DNA from: Candidatus Magasanikiibacteriota bacterium | Lineage (GTDB): Bacteria > Patescibacteriota > Patescibacteriia > Magasanikbacterales > GWA2-37-8 | Assembly (NCBI GenBank): GCA_016234265.1 | Contig: JACRFW010000004.1 | Coordinates: 1 to 46,809, forward strand | Length of the DNA stretch: 46,809 bases | Reading direction: 5' to 3' | Part shown: piece after piece, positions 38,364 through 46,809 of the stretch | Numbering within the stretch: position 1 is the stretch's first letter | Layout of the letters: each line of letters starts with the position of its first letter | Made by a program: the position numbers and the translations under genes | Notes under the pieces: model-generated | The model's database searches: none | The model's input: the letters and a program-made list of their open reading frames with translations, nothing else | What the model was told of the DNA's origin: nothing

Positions 38364-39398
38364 CTAGAAAAACCACTTTGCGAACTTTAAGACCCCCTGC
38401 TTCCATGGCACGCGGTGCGACACGCCGCTTTGCCCCTTAAAAGAATCAGCGTGAGCCAAGTACCATTCATAATTACGAATGAGTGCTTGCTTGTTGGAAA
38501 AACGCGGCTGCCACCCTAATACTTTTTGCGCCTTATCAATAGAAACGAAAGAATCTTTGTGGGCGGTCTCATACACCCACTTGTAGAGCGGCGAAAGCTT
38601 GAGCTTTTCCAAGATCCGGAGTGTCCAAATGACTGGCGCGGCCGGCAGGCCGACGATCTTTTTGCCAAAACCGGCTTTGTCTAGAACGGCCTGGTAGTCC
38701 TCGCGCATGGTGGTAAACTCCTTGGCACCGATATTGAACGTGTCATTTACGGTGGCGGGCGGGATCATGGCACAGAGATAGATCGCCTCACAGAGGTCTT
38801 CCACATCAAGCAGCTGGTACCGATTGCGGCCGCTCCCGATCATCGGGAACCCGTGGCCATCTTTGGCCCAATCGTAAAAAAGCGCGAAAACGCCAAGACG
38901 TTCCGGACCGACAAATGATTTGGGGCGGATAATGGAAACGCACTTGCCTTGACTACGCATCTTCAGGCACTCCTCTTCCGCCAATATCTTCGCTTTGCCA
39001 TAGGGGCCGACGCCGTCCAGCTTGTCTGTTTCCAAAAGCGGGTGATGGTCTGGTATACCATAAACAGCAGTTGAAGAAATATGCACGACCCGCTCCGCTC
39101 CCTCGGCGAAAGCCAGTTCTAAAACATTTTTTGTGCCGACAACATCGGTAGTATAAATGTCCTCTTCAGAATACAGCGGTAAAGCGGCGGCCGTATGTAC
39201 CACGATATTAATTCCCTTGAGCGCGTCCCGCAGCACCTCCCGGTTACGAATGTCGCCAAGCACTGTTTCAAGTTTATCCTTTTCCGGGTAATCAAACGGC
39301 TCCTTATCAATCGAACGAACTTGATGCCCTTTTTGGAGCAAAAAACGAATGATATTAATACCAAGAAAACCTGACCCGCCAGTGATAAGAAATTTCAT
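38364..39398 (-). CDS. NAD-dependent epimerase/dehydratase (extended SDR)
   Basis: ITGGSGFLG, ISSTAVYG, YGKAK and IRP. Confidence 0.92.
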   Translation of the reverse strand: MKFLITGGSGFLGINIIRFLLQKGHQVRSIDKEPFDYPEKDKLETVLGDIRNREVLRDALKGINIVVHTAAALPLYSEEDIYTTDVVGTKNVLELAFAEGAERVVHISSTAVYGIPDHHPLLETDKLDGVGPYGKAKILAEEECLKMRSQGKCVSIIRPKSFVGPERLGVFALFYDWAKDGHGFPMIGSGRNRYQLLDVEDLCEAIYLCAMIPPATVNDTFNIGAKEFTTMREDYQAVLDKAGFGKKIVGLPAAPVIWTLRILEKLKLSPLYKWVYETAHKDSFVSIDKAQKVLGWQPRFSNKQALIRNYEWYLAHADSFKGQSGVSHRVPWKQGVLKFAKWFF

Positions 39399-39862
39399 AG
39401 GAAATTTTTAAACCATGAATAAATACAAAAAATAATATTATCTAACCAATAACTCACCTTAACAAACCAGCGCTCGTGCCCAGAAACTAAACGTTTACTT
39501 TTTATAAAACTGGCGCCGATGCGTACAGCAAACCAACCATCAACTAGACATTTATCTCCAATCACAATTATTTTCGATGGTACCGGCGGCACGAATTCTG
39601 TCACTATTTTCCTGCTTGGCTTTTTATACTTCCCCGATGTAGTGGGCAACCGGAACAATCCCGCAAGCCGCGCCCGCCGAGCTTGGTCGCGCGTGTTAGT
39701 GCACAGCACTACCCGGTTCTCTGCCCCCCACCGCGACAACAGTTCGCGGGCAGTGGGACTGACCGCATAGTCAGCATCTGCAGTAAGGGTGCCATCAACA
39801 TCAAGCAGAATAAGGGCCCCGCGAACATTCAATTGTATCTCCTCCAACGGTATCTCATTCAT
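39395..39862 (-). CDS. HAD-IIIA (YqeG-like) phosphatase
   Basis: LLDVDGTL, CTN, KKP and VIGDK..VD. Confidence 0.8.
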   Translation of the reverse strand: MNEIPLEEIQLNVRGALILLDVDGTLTADADYAVSPTARELLSRWGAENRVVLCTNTRDQARRARLAGLFRLPTTSGKYKKPSRKIVTEFVPPVPSKIIVIGDKCLVDGWFAVRIGASFIKSKRLVSGHERWFVKVSYWLDNIIFCIYSWFKNFL

Positions 39863-39865
39863 AAA

Positions 39866-40723
39866 TTACCCCTGCCACAGCACGATCGCCATGCTGAATA
39901 AAAGCCAAACGATCACCGTCATCTGCAACGGCCGGTCGGAAAAAACATCGTCGGTCGGACCATCATTGTCAGTCTGCTTGTTCTGGGTAATAAAAAGATA
40001 GCGGAACAGGCCGTACATCACGATCGGCACAGTTATCATGATCAAACGGCTGTGTTCGGAAAAAAAGGTGTACAACGTATAGGTCATCAGGGTGAGCGGA
40101 AGCGCCACCATGGTCATCTGGTCCAGGAGAGGTAAAGAATAGGCGGAGAGAACGGGCCGAGTGGCGGAAGCCGGACCCAGCACGCGAAATTCGGTCTTGC
40201 GCTTGCTGATGCCCAAAAAGAGCATTAAAAAGAAAGTGCAAAAGACGAGCCACGGAGAGAAGGACACGGCAATCACCACCGCGCCGCTGACCACCCGCAA
40301 GACAAACCCCAGCGCGATCGTGATCACGTCCAGAATCACCTGCTGTTTAAGGATGAAGGTGTACAGGAACATCAGGGCAAAGTACGCTCCAATGGTAAGG
40401 GCGAACTTCGGCTCCAGGAAATAAGCGAACGCCAAGCCGCCTATGAGAAGCAGGAGCGCCGTTATCAGAGCCGCGCGGACCCCGATCTGGCCGGACGGAA
40501 GCGGACGGAACCGCTTTTCCGGATGCTGACGATCAGCTGGTAGATCTTTAATGTCATTTACGATGTACACGGCGCTCGCCACCGCACACCATGAGATGAA
40601 AGCCATGATAACAATTTTCACTTTAGCGATATCGGTAAACTCGCGGACAAAAACCAGCGCGGCGAACACGAACAGATTTTTTACCCACTGCTTGGGACGG
40701 AGCAAACTAATAACATTTTTCAT
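39866..40723 (-). CDS. UbiA-family polyprenyl-phosphate phosphoribosyltransferase (DPPR synthase-like)
   Basis: LRPKQWVKN, YIVNDIKD...D..HPEK..RP, GFVLRV, KR..E and YGLFRY. Confidence 0.88.
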   Translation of the reverse strand: MKNVISLLRPKQWVKNLFVFAALVFVREFTDIAKVKIVIMAFISWCAVASAVYIVNDIKDLPADRQHPEKRFRPLPSGQIGVRAALITALLLLIGGLAFAYFLEPKFALTIGAYFALMFLYTFILKQQVILDVITIALGFVLRVVSGAVVIAVSFSPWLVFCTFFLMLFLGISKRKTEFRVLGPASATRPVLSAYSLPLLDQMTMVALPLTLMTYTLYTFFSEHSRLIMITVPIVMYGLFRYLFITQNKQTDNDGPTDDVFSDRPLQMTVIVWLLFSMAIVLWQG

Positions 40724-40730
40724 AAAATTA

Positions 40731-40761
40731 TTTTACCCACGCAGCATAGCTGCGGGGAAAA
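40731..40761. repeat. Intergenic REP-like palindrome / possible bidirectional terminator
   Basis: TTTTACCCACGCAGC-ATA-GCTGCGGGGAAAA. Confidence 0.6.
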
Positions 40762-40777
40762 TTTGATTCATTTTAGG

Positions 40778-41773
40778 CTAAATAGAAATTATCGCCTGGA
40801 TCCACTTCTCCCGATCATTGATCGGCAAAATTTTTACCTTGTCACTCGGTTTGAGTTCGTGGTTGGCCACGCCGACGTCGTTCATGATTATTGGCGTACC
40901 GGCGGCGTAGGCTTCCATAGCGACCCTACTGTAACTTTCGCTTAAACTCGGGATCAACAAACAGTCAGCGGTAGAGTAATAACCTTGCAATTCATCTGCC
41001 CATCCTTTACAAATAATGTTACGACTCAAATTTTTTTTCTCAATTATTTCTCTAATCTTGGTCAGCTGCGAACCTTCGCCCAAAATTAACAACCCGTAAT
41101 TTAGTCCGCGTTGCGTTACAATTTCTCCAAAAACATCAATGAGCCACTCAACATTTTTAACTTCTTCAAGTCTGCCTACATACAAAAAACGTTTTACAAA
41201 AGTGGTATATTCATTTTTAAGATCACGCACTTGCCGGGTAACTAGGTGTCCCAAATCAAAAGTTGGCACCGGTTTCATGTAAATTTTACGTGCATCTATG
41301 CCTAAATCTCCAAGGCTCTTCCGCACGCGCTCACTTACTACTCGCACCCTGTCCGCAGCGAGAATATTTTTCTTGCCAAATAAAAAATAACCAATTCTAT
41401 TTTTAATTGACTTTTTATAATAGTCAGAACTATAAAAATCACCGTGCAACTGAACTTCTAAGGTCACACCAATTTTTTTCTTAAGCCACCGTCCAATATT
41501 GCCGATGAATGAGGGGTCCTGGACGGTAACAAATTTTATTTCGTATTTTTTTATAAGTTCAAGCCCCATTTTTTTCAGACGAAATAACTGCTGTAATTTA
41601 TTGCCTCCCGTGGAGAACGCTTGTACGGTATTACTCAGTTGTATTTCTTTTTTTTCAAAAGACGGCACTAAAATAAAAAGCTCGTCGGTCTTTCCATACT
41701 CAATCATGCGTTTGGCTACGGCTGAGGCGGAATCGAGGATCTTTTTGTCCAAACTGATCATCAGCTGGCGCAT
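40778..41773 (-). CDS. GT4 glycosyltransferase
   Basis: QDP, YVGRL..VKN and PSLSESYSRVAMEA; GTG start overlapping the upstream gene. Confidence 0.88.
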   Translation of the reverse strand: MRQLMISLDKKILDSASAVAKRMIEYGKTDELFILVPSFEKKEIQLSNTVQAFSTGGNKLQQLFRLKKMGLELIKKYEIKFVTVQDPSFIGNIGRWLKKKIGVTLEVQLHGDFYSSDYYKKSIKNRIGYFLFGKKNILAADRVRVVSERVRKSLGDLGIDARKIYMKPVPTFDLGHLVTRQVRDLKNEYTTFVKRFLYVGRLEEVKNVEWLIDVFGEIVTQRGLNYGLLILGEGSQLTKIREIIEKKNLSRNIICKGWADELQGYYSTADCLLIPSLSESYSRVAMEAYAAGTPIIMNDVGVANHELKPSDKVKILPINDREKWIQAIISI

Positions 41774-42876
41774 ACTTCTTCTAATATTTTTTTAGTCTCT
41801 GCGATCATAGTCTCAAAACGAAAACGTTTGGCAAATTCCGCTGTAACTGGTTCTGCCGGATGAAGCAGCGCGTTATTCAAGCACTCCTTGATAGCGCCAA
41901 CATCGTTCCAAGGAAACAAATAATTGTCCGCTAAAACTTCCGGGTTACCACCAATACGGCTAGCGATAGTGGTGCGACCAAGAAAGCGCGCTTCCAACAA
42001 TATATGTGACAAACCTTCGTACCCACTATTTAAAACCACCACATCAGCGGCTGCAATATACGAGAGCGCCCCCGCGCGTGGTACGTTGCCGAAGAATGAT
42101 ACCGTCGAAAACAAACCTAATTCTTTCTGAATAGCTTCTAGTCTACTTCTGTCTGGCCCATCGCCAATAATCTTTAACTTCAGGCCCGGGAACTGCCCCT
42201 GGAGCTCTTTTACAGCCCGCATAACGGCCTCCACGCCCTTCCAGGGCACTAAACGAGCCACGCTCACCACCCAGCGCTCTCCGGCTGGCTTTTCCGCCGG
42301 TTTAACCTCAGATGGCATCTCAATGGAGTTGTAGACCACTTCAACCTTATGTCCCGGCGCGCCCCAGCCCTGCACCATACCGGCCAGATATTTGCTCGGC
42401 ACAATCACTCGATCCGCTTTTTGCACCACCAATCTTTCGGCCTTCTGCAATCTACCTACAAAATCTGAATAAGTTTTATTTTGAAATTCATCTACCGATT
42501 CCTTAACACCGCATTTAACTACACCTTGTTCCCAAGCATAGTCCCCTACCACTTTGACGACAAATTTTTTATGTAACACTCGCGCTACGATCGATGTTGG
42601 CCAACCGGCATTGACCGGGCCCATAGCATAAATAAGGTCAACTTTCAGAGCGTGCCTAAACAACAGCCAAAAATATTGCAAATAACGCGATCGTTTGTTC
42701 GTAGACGACACACAATACATAGGACATGTAACAACCGTTTTATCAGACTGCGGGTTGAGCGAAACAATACAAACTTCTACGCCTTGTTTTACCAGCTCGT
42801 TCGCAAGCGTTACCGAATAGGTGGCCGGTCCGCCGGCTTGAGGGGGGAAAATATCCGCGGCAATGAGTATCTTCAT
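41761..42876 (-). CDS. GT4 glycosyltransferase
   Basis: FPPQAGGPATY, VGDYAWE, ARLVPWKG and YEGLSH..LEA. ATG 42876 overlaps the upstream stop. Confidence 0.9.
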   Translation of the reverse strand: MKILIAADIFPPQAGGPATYSVTLANELVKQGVEVCIVSLNPQSDKTVVTCPMYCVSSTNKRSRYLQYFWLLFRHALKVDLIYAMGPVNAGWPTSIVARVLHKKFVVKVVGDYAWEQGVVKCGVKESVDEFQNKTYSDFVGRLQKAERLVVQKADRVIVPSKYLAGMVQGWGAPGHKVEVVYNSIEMPSEVKPAEKPAGERWVVSVARLVPWKGVEAVMRAVKELQGQFPGLKLKIIGDGPDRSRLEAIQKELGLFSTVSFFGNVPRAGALSYIAAADVVVLNSGYEGLSHILLEARFLGRTTIASRIGGNPEVLADNYLFPWNDVGAIKECLNNALLHPAEPVTAEFAKRFRFETMIAETKKILEEVCAS

Positions 42877-44039
42877 AGGAGAGAACGTATAAAATCCGCC
42901 ATTCGCGGGGCAACGGTACCCCAAGAATAGTCTCGCGCCACGAGCGCGCTGGCATTAGCGCGCAGTTTATCACTCAAAACCGGATCAGTAAGCACGCGCT
43001 CAATTTTTTGCGCGATATCCTCGGCATTGGCCGCCTGACAAAACAAACCGGTTTCCCCGTCTTTTAAAAAATCCGGAATGCCACCCACCGCGGTGGCCAC
43101 CACGGGCACTCCGGCCGCCATGGCCTCAAGAAAAGCGTTGCCCAACCCCTCGGAAAGACTGGGCCGGCAAAAAACATCACTCCCCCACAGATAGGGCGGG
43201 ATATTACGATGAGCAATTTCTCCCAAAAAATGAACGCGTTTGGTAAGCCCAAGCTGCGCGCTCAAGCGCTCAAGCGATGGCTGACGCTCGCCACCACCCA
43301 AAATGACTAGATGAGTATTAGCCGGTAAAAGAGCCGAGGCCAAGAGGAGATCCTCAAGCCCGTTCTTTTTAACCAAGCGGGAAACGGTAATAATAATTTT
43401 GGTATTTTCAGAAATGCCCAACTGCGAGCGCAGTTCCCGCCGAAGCGTGGCCTGGTCGTGACCGAGGGGAGGAGTAAATGTCGGCACCGCCACGCCATTC
43501 GGAATAATGACTGGAGTGTACGAAAAACTAAGTTCAAGAGCCCACCGAGACAAGTATGAACTGATAGCTTGCACCGCGTTGGCTTTTTTGAAGATCTGTT
43601 TAAAATACGGCCAGCACCACCACACATGCTTATAAATATCCCACTTGCTATCCCCTTCTTGCAAAGTAAGCAAAAATGGCACGGTTTTGTTTCTTTTCTT
43701 AAAGCGCAACGCGGCAAAACCGGCATAGCTCGCCATTATGCCCCACACCAGGTCAAATCCGCCAGCTAGCGGACAGAGCTCTTTCGCTTTTTTGTATCCA
43801 GATAAAATTAAACGATATTTGTCCCAGGCGTTGCCCTTGCCAATGCGATATACTTCCACCGCGCCAATTTTTTCGTACTCTGGTGCATCAGGCTTCAGCC
43901 GAGCGGTAATAAGAACAAAAGAAAAATCGTGAGCCAAGCGATCAGTCAGCTCCTTTACCGCCACTTCGGCCCCGCCTACATACGGAAGATAGGCGGTTGA
44001 AAAAATGAGAATCCTTTTTTTTGGCTGGTTCGCTATCAT
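42873..44039 (-). CDS. GT4 glycosyltransferase
   Basis: GGAE, TLQEGD, SRLVKKNG and SEGLGNAFLEAMA. Confidence 0.93.
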   Translation of the reverse strand: MIANQPKKRILIFSTAYLPYVGGAEVAVKELTDRLAHDFSFVLITARLKPDAPEYEKIGAVEVYRIGKGNAWDKYRLILSGYKKAKELCPLAGGFDLVWGIMASYAGFAALRFKKRNKTVPFLLTLQEGDSKWDIYKHVWWCWPYFKQIFKKANAVQAISSYLSRWALELSFSYTPVIIPNGVAVPTFTPPLGHDQATLRRELRSQLGISENTKIIITVSRLVKKNGLEDLLLASALLPANTHLVILGGGERQPSLERLSAQLGLTKRVHFLGEIAHRNIPPYLWGSDVFCRPSLSEGLGNAFLEAMAAGVPVVATAVGGIPDFLKDGETGLFCQAANAEDIAQKIERVLTDPVLSDKLRANASALVARDYSWGTVAPRMADFIRSLL

Positions 44040-44986
44040 ACCTGACTTTTCTCAAGCCGGGCACGGAAATCAACAATAGTTTTCTTCAGCCCATCCGCTA
44101 AAGACACCTTCGGCTCCCATTGCAACAGTTTCTTGGCTTTGGTGATATCGGGGCAACGGCGACGAGGATCATCAATTGGTAAATCTTTGTATAGAGGTTT
44201 TTGTTTACTATCGCATAGGTCGCTTATGGTCGCGGCAAAAGTTTGTATTGACATTTCTTGAGGATTGCCTAAATTGATTGGGCCAGTAATTTTTTTATCT
44301 GTTTTCATCATCGCAATAAGCCCGGTCACCAAATCATCAACATAGCAAAAACTCCTGGTTTGCGAACCATCGCCATATAAAGTGAGCGGCTCTTTCTTCA
44401 GCGCTTGAACAATAAAATTAGAAACCACGCGACCATCGTTAAAAGCCATCCGCGGACCGTAGGTGTTAAAAATACGCACCACTTTTATTTCCATCCCGTG
44501 CATACGAAAATAATCAAAGCAGAGCGTCTCGGCTACTCGCTTGCCTTCGTCATAGCAGGCCCTGGGGCCGATTGGGTTCACATTACCGCGATATTCTTCC
44601 ACTTGCGGGTGCACCTCCGGGTCGCCATAGACCTCGGAAGTGGAAGCCTGAAGAAATCTTGCCCCATGTTCCCTAGCCAAACCGAGCATGTTAATCATGC
44701 CGACTGTATTCGCTTTAATGGTATGCACCTGATTGCTCTGGTATTGCACCGGCGAAGCCGGACAGGCCAAATTATAAACTTGATCAATCACACCATCAAT
44801 AAACAGCGGTTCAACAATATCATGTTTAATGAAAGTAAAACGAGGATTGTCGGCGACTCCCTCTAAATTATCCATTGAACCGGTAAACAAATTATCCACG
44901 CACACAACTTCGTGACCTTGCCCGATAATACTCTCAGAGATATATGAGCCGATAAACCCCGCCCCGCCAGTGACCAAAATCCGCAT
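44036..44986 (-). CDS. uxs: UDP-glucuronate decarboxylase (UDP-xylose synthase)
   Basis: VTGGAGFIG, NLACPASP, ASTSEVYGDP, GPRACYDEGKR, RIFNTYGP and DGRVVSNF. Confidence 0.92.
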   Translation of the reverse strand: MRILVTGGAGFIGSYISESIIGQGHEVVCVDNLFTGSMDNLEGVADNPRFTFIKHDIVEPLFIDGVIDQVYNLACPASPVQYQSNQVHTIKANTVGMINMLGLAREHGARFLQASTSEVYGDPEVHPQVEEYRGNVNPIGPRACYDEGKRVAETLCFDYFRMHGMEIKVVRIFNTYGPRMAFNDGRVVSNFIVQALKKEPLTLYGDGSQTRSFCYVDDLVTGLIAMMKTDKKITGPINLGNPQEMSIQTFAATISDLCDSKQKPLYKDLPIDDPRRRCPDITKAKKLLQWEPKVSLADGLKKTIVDFRARLEKSQV

Positions 44987-44999
44987 AAATAAGCTACTA

Positions 45000-45049
45000 T
45001 TGTATGAAAATATTAAAGATAGTATGCTATAGTTGGTCTAAAAAGTCAA
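45000..45049. promoter_or_regulatory. Overlapping divergent sigma70-type promoters
   Basis: Minus strand: TTGACT(45049-44)-17 nt-CATACT(45026-21). Plus strand: TTGTAT(45000-05)-17 nt-TATGCT(45023-28). Confidence 0.5.
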
Positions 45050-45062
45050 CTCGCTAAATCCA

Positions 45063-46226
45063 ATGAAACCAACCAAAAAAATCCTCTACGTCATCACCCA
45101 GGGGGAATGGGGCGGCGCGGAACGTTATATCTATGACCTAGCGACCGCCCTCGGGCCTAATTTTGACGTTATAGTGGCTATTGGGGAGCCAAAAGGCCGC
45201 CGAGACCTGCAAAATAAATTAAGCAAAGATGAGCGGATCAGGGTCATACAGCTCTCTCACCTAGTGCGACGAATTACCCCCTACCATGATCTGCGAGCAG
45301 TATTTGAACTGGCAAATCTTTACAAAAAATTACAACCTGATATTATCCACCTGAACAGTTCAAAAGCCGGTATTATCGGGTCGCTGGCTAAAAAACTACT
45401 CCCTGCCCCCTACTCCCTACGCACTGTCTATACCATACATGGCTGGATATTCAACGAGCCCCTCCCCTGGCTTAGAAAAAAGCTGTACTTCTCTCTTGAA
45501 AAATGGACTGCCCGGCTCAAAGATGGCTTTATCGCGCTCTCGTCATTTGAAGCAGAACAGGGCAAAACCCTTCTCAAAATCCCCTCAGATAAAATAACAG
45601 TCATTCCGCATGGGGTGAGCAAACAAAATGCGCCGCTTTCAAAAAAAGAAACGCGTAGCGAACTGGCAAATAAAATTGGCCGCGCACTTTCCGAAAAAAC
45701 TATTTGGGTTGGCTCAATTGCCAACTATCACAAAACGAAGGGGTTGGATGTTCTTATTCAAGCTCTTGCGGAAAAGAAAAACACCCTGCGAGATGTTTTA
45801 TGCCTGCTCATTGGCGGGGGACCAGAAAGAGACCAACTGTCTAAGCTCATTTCTGAAAACCATTTGGAAAATTTAATTTACCTGACCGGAACAATAGCCG
45901 AAGCTAGCCGTTACCTGCCGGCCTTTGACCTATTTGTTCTGCCTTCCCGCAAAGAAGGTCTGCCTTATGCGCTCTTGGAGGCGATGCAGGCACGCGTGCC
46001 GATTATCGCCACGCGCGTGGGGGGTATTCCGGAATTAATTGAAAATAAAAAATCCGGGCTGTTAGTCAGTCCAGATTCGGTGGAAGAATTGGCTGAGGCA
46101 TTGTGTTTTTCTGTTGAAAATCCTGATGCGATGAAAGAGTATGCACAAAACGCTCTCACTCCCCCGCCATTATCGGAAATGGTAGCGCAAACTACTTCTT
46201 GGTACCGGGCGCTTGATCCGCGTTAA
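45063..46226 (+). CDS. GT4 glycosyltransferase
   Basis: GGAE, HLNSSKAG, YTIHG and PSRKEGLPYALLEAM. Confidence 0.93.
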   Translation: MKPTKKILYVITQGEWGGAERYIYDLATALGPNFDVIVAIGEPKGRRDLQNKLSKDERIRVIQLSHLVRRITPYHDLRAVFELANLYKKLQPDIIHLNSSKAGIIGSLAKKLLPAPYSLRTVYTIHGWIFNEPLPWLRKKLYFSLEKWTARLKDGFIALSSFEAEQGKTLLKIPSDKITVIPHGVSKQNAPLSKKETRSELANKIGRALSEKTIWVGSIANYHKTKGLDVLIQALAEKKNTLRDVLCLLIGGGPERDQLSKLISENHLENLIYLTGTIAEASRYLPAFDLFVLPSRKEGLPYALLEAMQARVPIIATRVGGIPELIENKKSGLLVSPDSVEELAEALCFSVENPDAMKEYAQNALTPPPLSEMVAQTTSWYRALDPR

Positions 46227-46809
46227 CCATCGCTTCAACCTGCTGCCCTTGGGCATCAAAAACGATGCCTTTTTGTTTTGCCAAATCAAGCATTTCTCTC
46301 GCTTTGGCATTATCCTTATAAAAATTATAAATATACGCCAACCGCCAATAGCCTTCGCCAATGCGATTGTCATCGGTAATAGCCTGCTCCATTATCTGCA
46401 CCGCCTCATCTTTTTTATTAAGTTGAGCCTTGATCGTTGCCAACATATACAAAAGCTGCTGGCGATGGGGGCTATACACCAAACTGGTTGTTAAATAACG
46501 TTCGGCATTAAGCAGATAACGACCATCATTATTCACCACGGATTGCAACTGGCCCACCTGAGCCAGCATCATGTACAGACGAATGTCGCGCGGGTGGAGC
46601 GATAAATTTCTTTCCAGCGCTTCGGTAATGGCGTTAAGCATCTCATTGCTGGTGTCCCGCCCCAGACGAGTATAGGCACGATTAATAACTTCAAGCATTA
46701 CTCTGGCGAGATCGCTCCGGATATCATCAATGTGCGGAGATTCAAAAGTAAGCGCGTCCTTCACAGCCAAAAAACCAGTCAGCGGATCACCGGCCAGCTG
46801 CGTCATAGC
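46192..46809 (-). CDS. C-terminal TPR-containing part of a larger protein; 5' end outside the window
   Basis: The frame is open to the window edge, with TPR-like helices (AERYL..SL..SP, EAVQIMEQAI, AREMLDLA). It overlaps the convergent GT4 by 35 bp. Confidence 0.6.
   Translation of the reverse strand, partial: AMTQLAGDPLTGFLAVKDALTFESPHIDDIRSDLARVMLEVINRAYTRLGRDTSNEMLNAITEALERNLSLHPRDIRLYMMLAQVGQLQSVVNNDGRYLLNAERYLTTSLVYSPHRQQLLYMLATIKAQLNKKDEAVQIMEQAITDDNRIGEGYWRLAYIYNFYKDNAKAREMLDLAKQKGIVFDAQGQQVEAMVNADQAPGTKK

Noticed and set aside
43741-43750. CCCCACACCA resembling half of a REP-like element
   Set aside because: No complementary arm; it encodes LVWG in an ordinary GT4 strand.
46192-46809. 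Calling the TPR fragment an O-antigen ligase-like oligosaccharyltransferase
   Set aside because: Plausible from context, but the diagnostic membrane domain would lie outside the window.
1-46809. CRISPR array, prophage, integron, transposase or defence system
   Set aside because: No regularly spaced repeats, attC-like series, or recombinase, nuclease or phage structural motifs were seen.

Overview
About 47 kb of a bacterial chromosome occupied almost entirely by one large surface-glycan biosynthesis locus of about 45 genes, nearly all on the minus strand. The window holds seven GT4 glycosyltransferases, six GT2 polyprenyl-phosphate sugar synthases and about six polytopic GT-C-like membrane proteins. 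It also holds a GDP-heptose-type pathway (transaldolase, GmhA, HddA, GmhB, nucleotidyltransferase, tailoring oxidoreductases), a UbiA phosphoribosyltransferase/HAD/epimerase triplet, an MBOAT acyltransferase, an AsnB amidotransferase and several methyltransferases. Tight gene overlaps, AT-rich starts without Shine-Dalgarno sites and short in-frame palindromic or heptamer inserts suggest a Patescibacteria (CPR) host; this is inference only. The most unusual items are: (1) a GT2::GT-C-like fusion at <1..2180 that the ORF track missed; (2) a sugar C-methyltransferase::UDP-glucuronate-decarboxylase-like fusion; (3) a UDP-glucose-dehydrogenase homologue lacking the catalytic Cys; (4) a mosaic insertion at about 11.6-15.6 kb that splits the heptose genes. 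That insertion contains apt, two GC-rich SD-led genes (IMPase and HIT/GalT), a structured leader, a tRNA-Asp-like 3' remnant and an AT-rich membrane gene. No CRISPR array, rRNA, intact tRNA, integrase or transposase was seen. Product calls rest on motifs recognised by eye, not on database searches.
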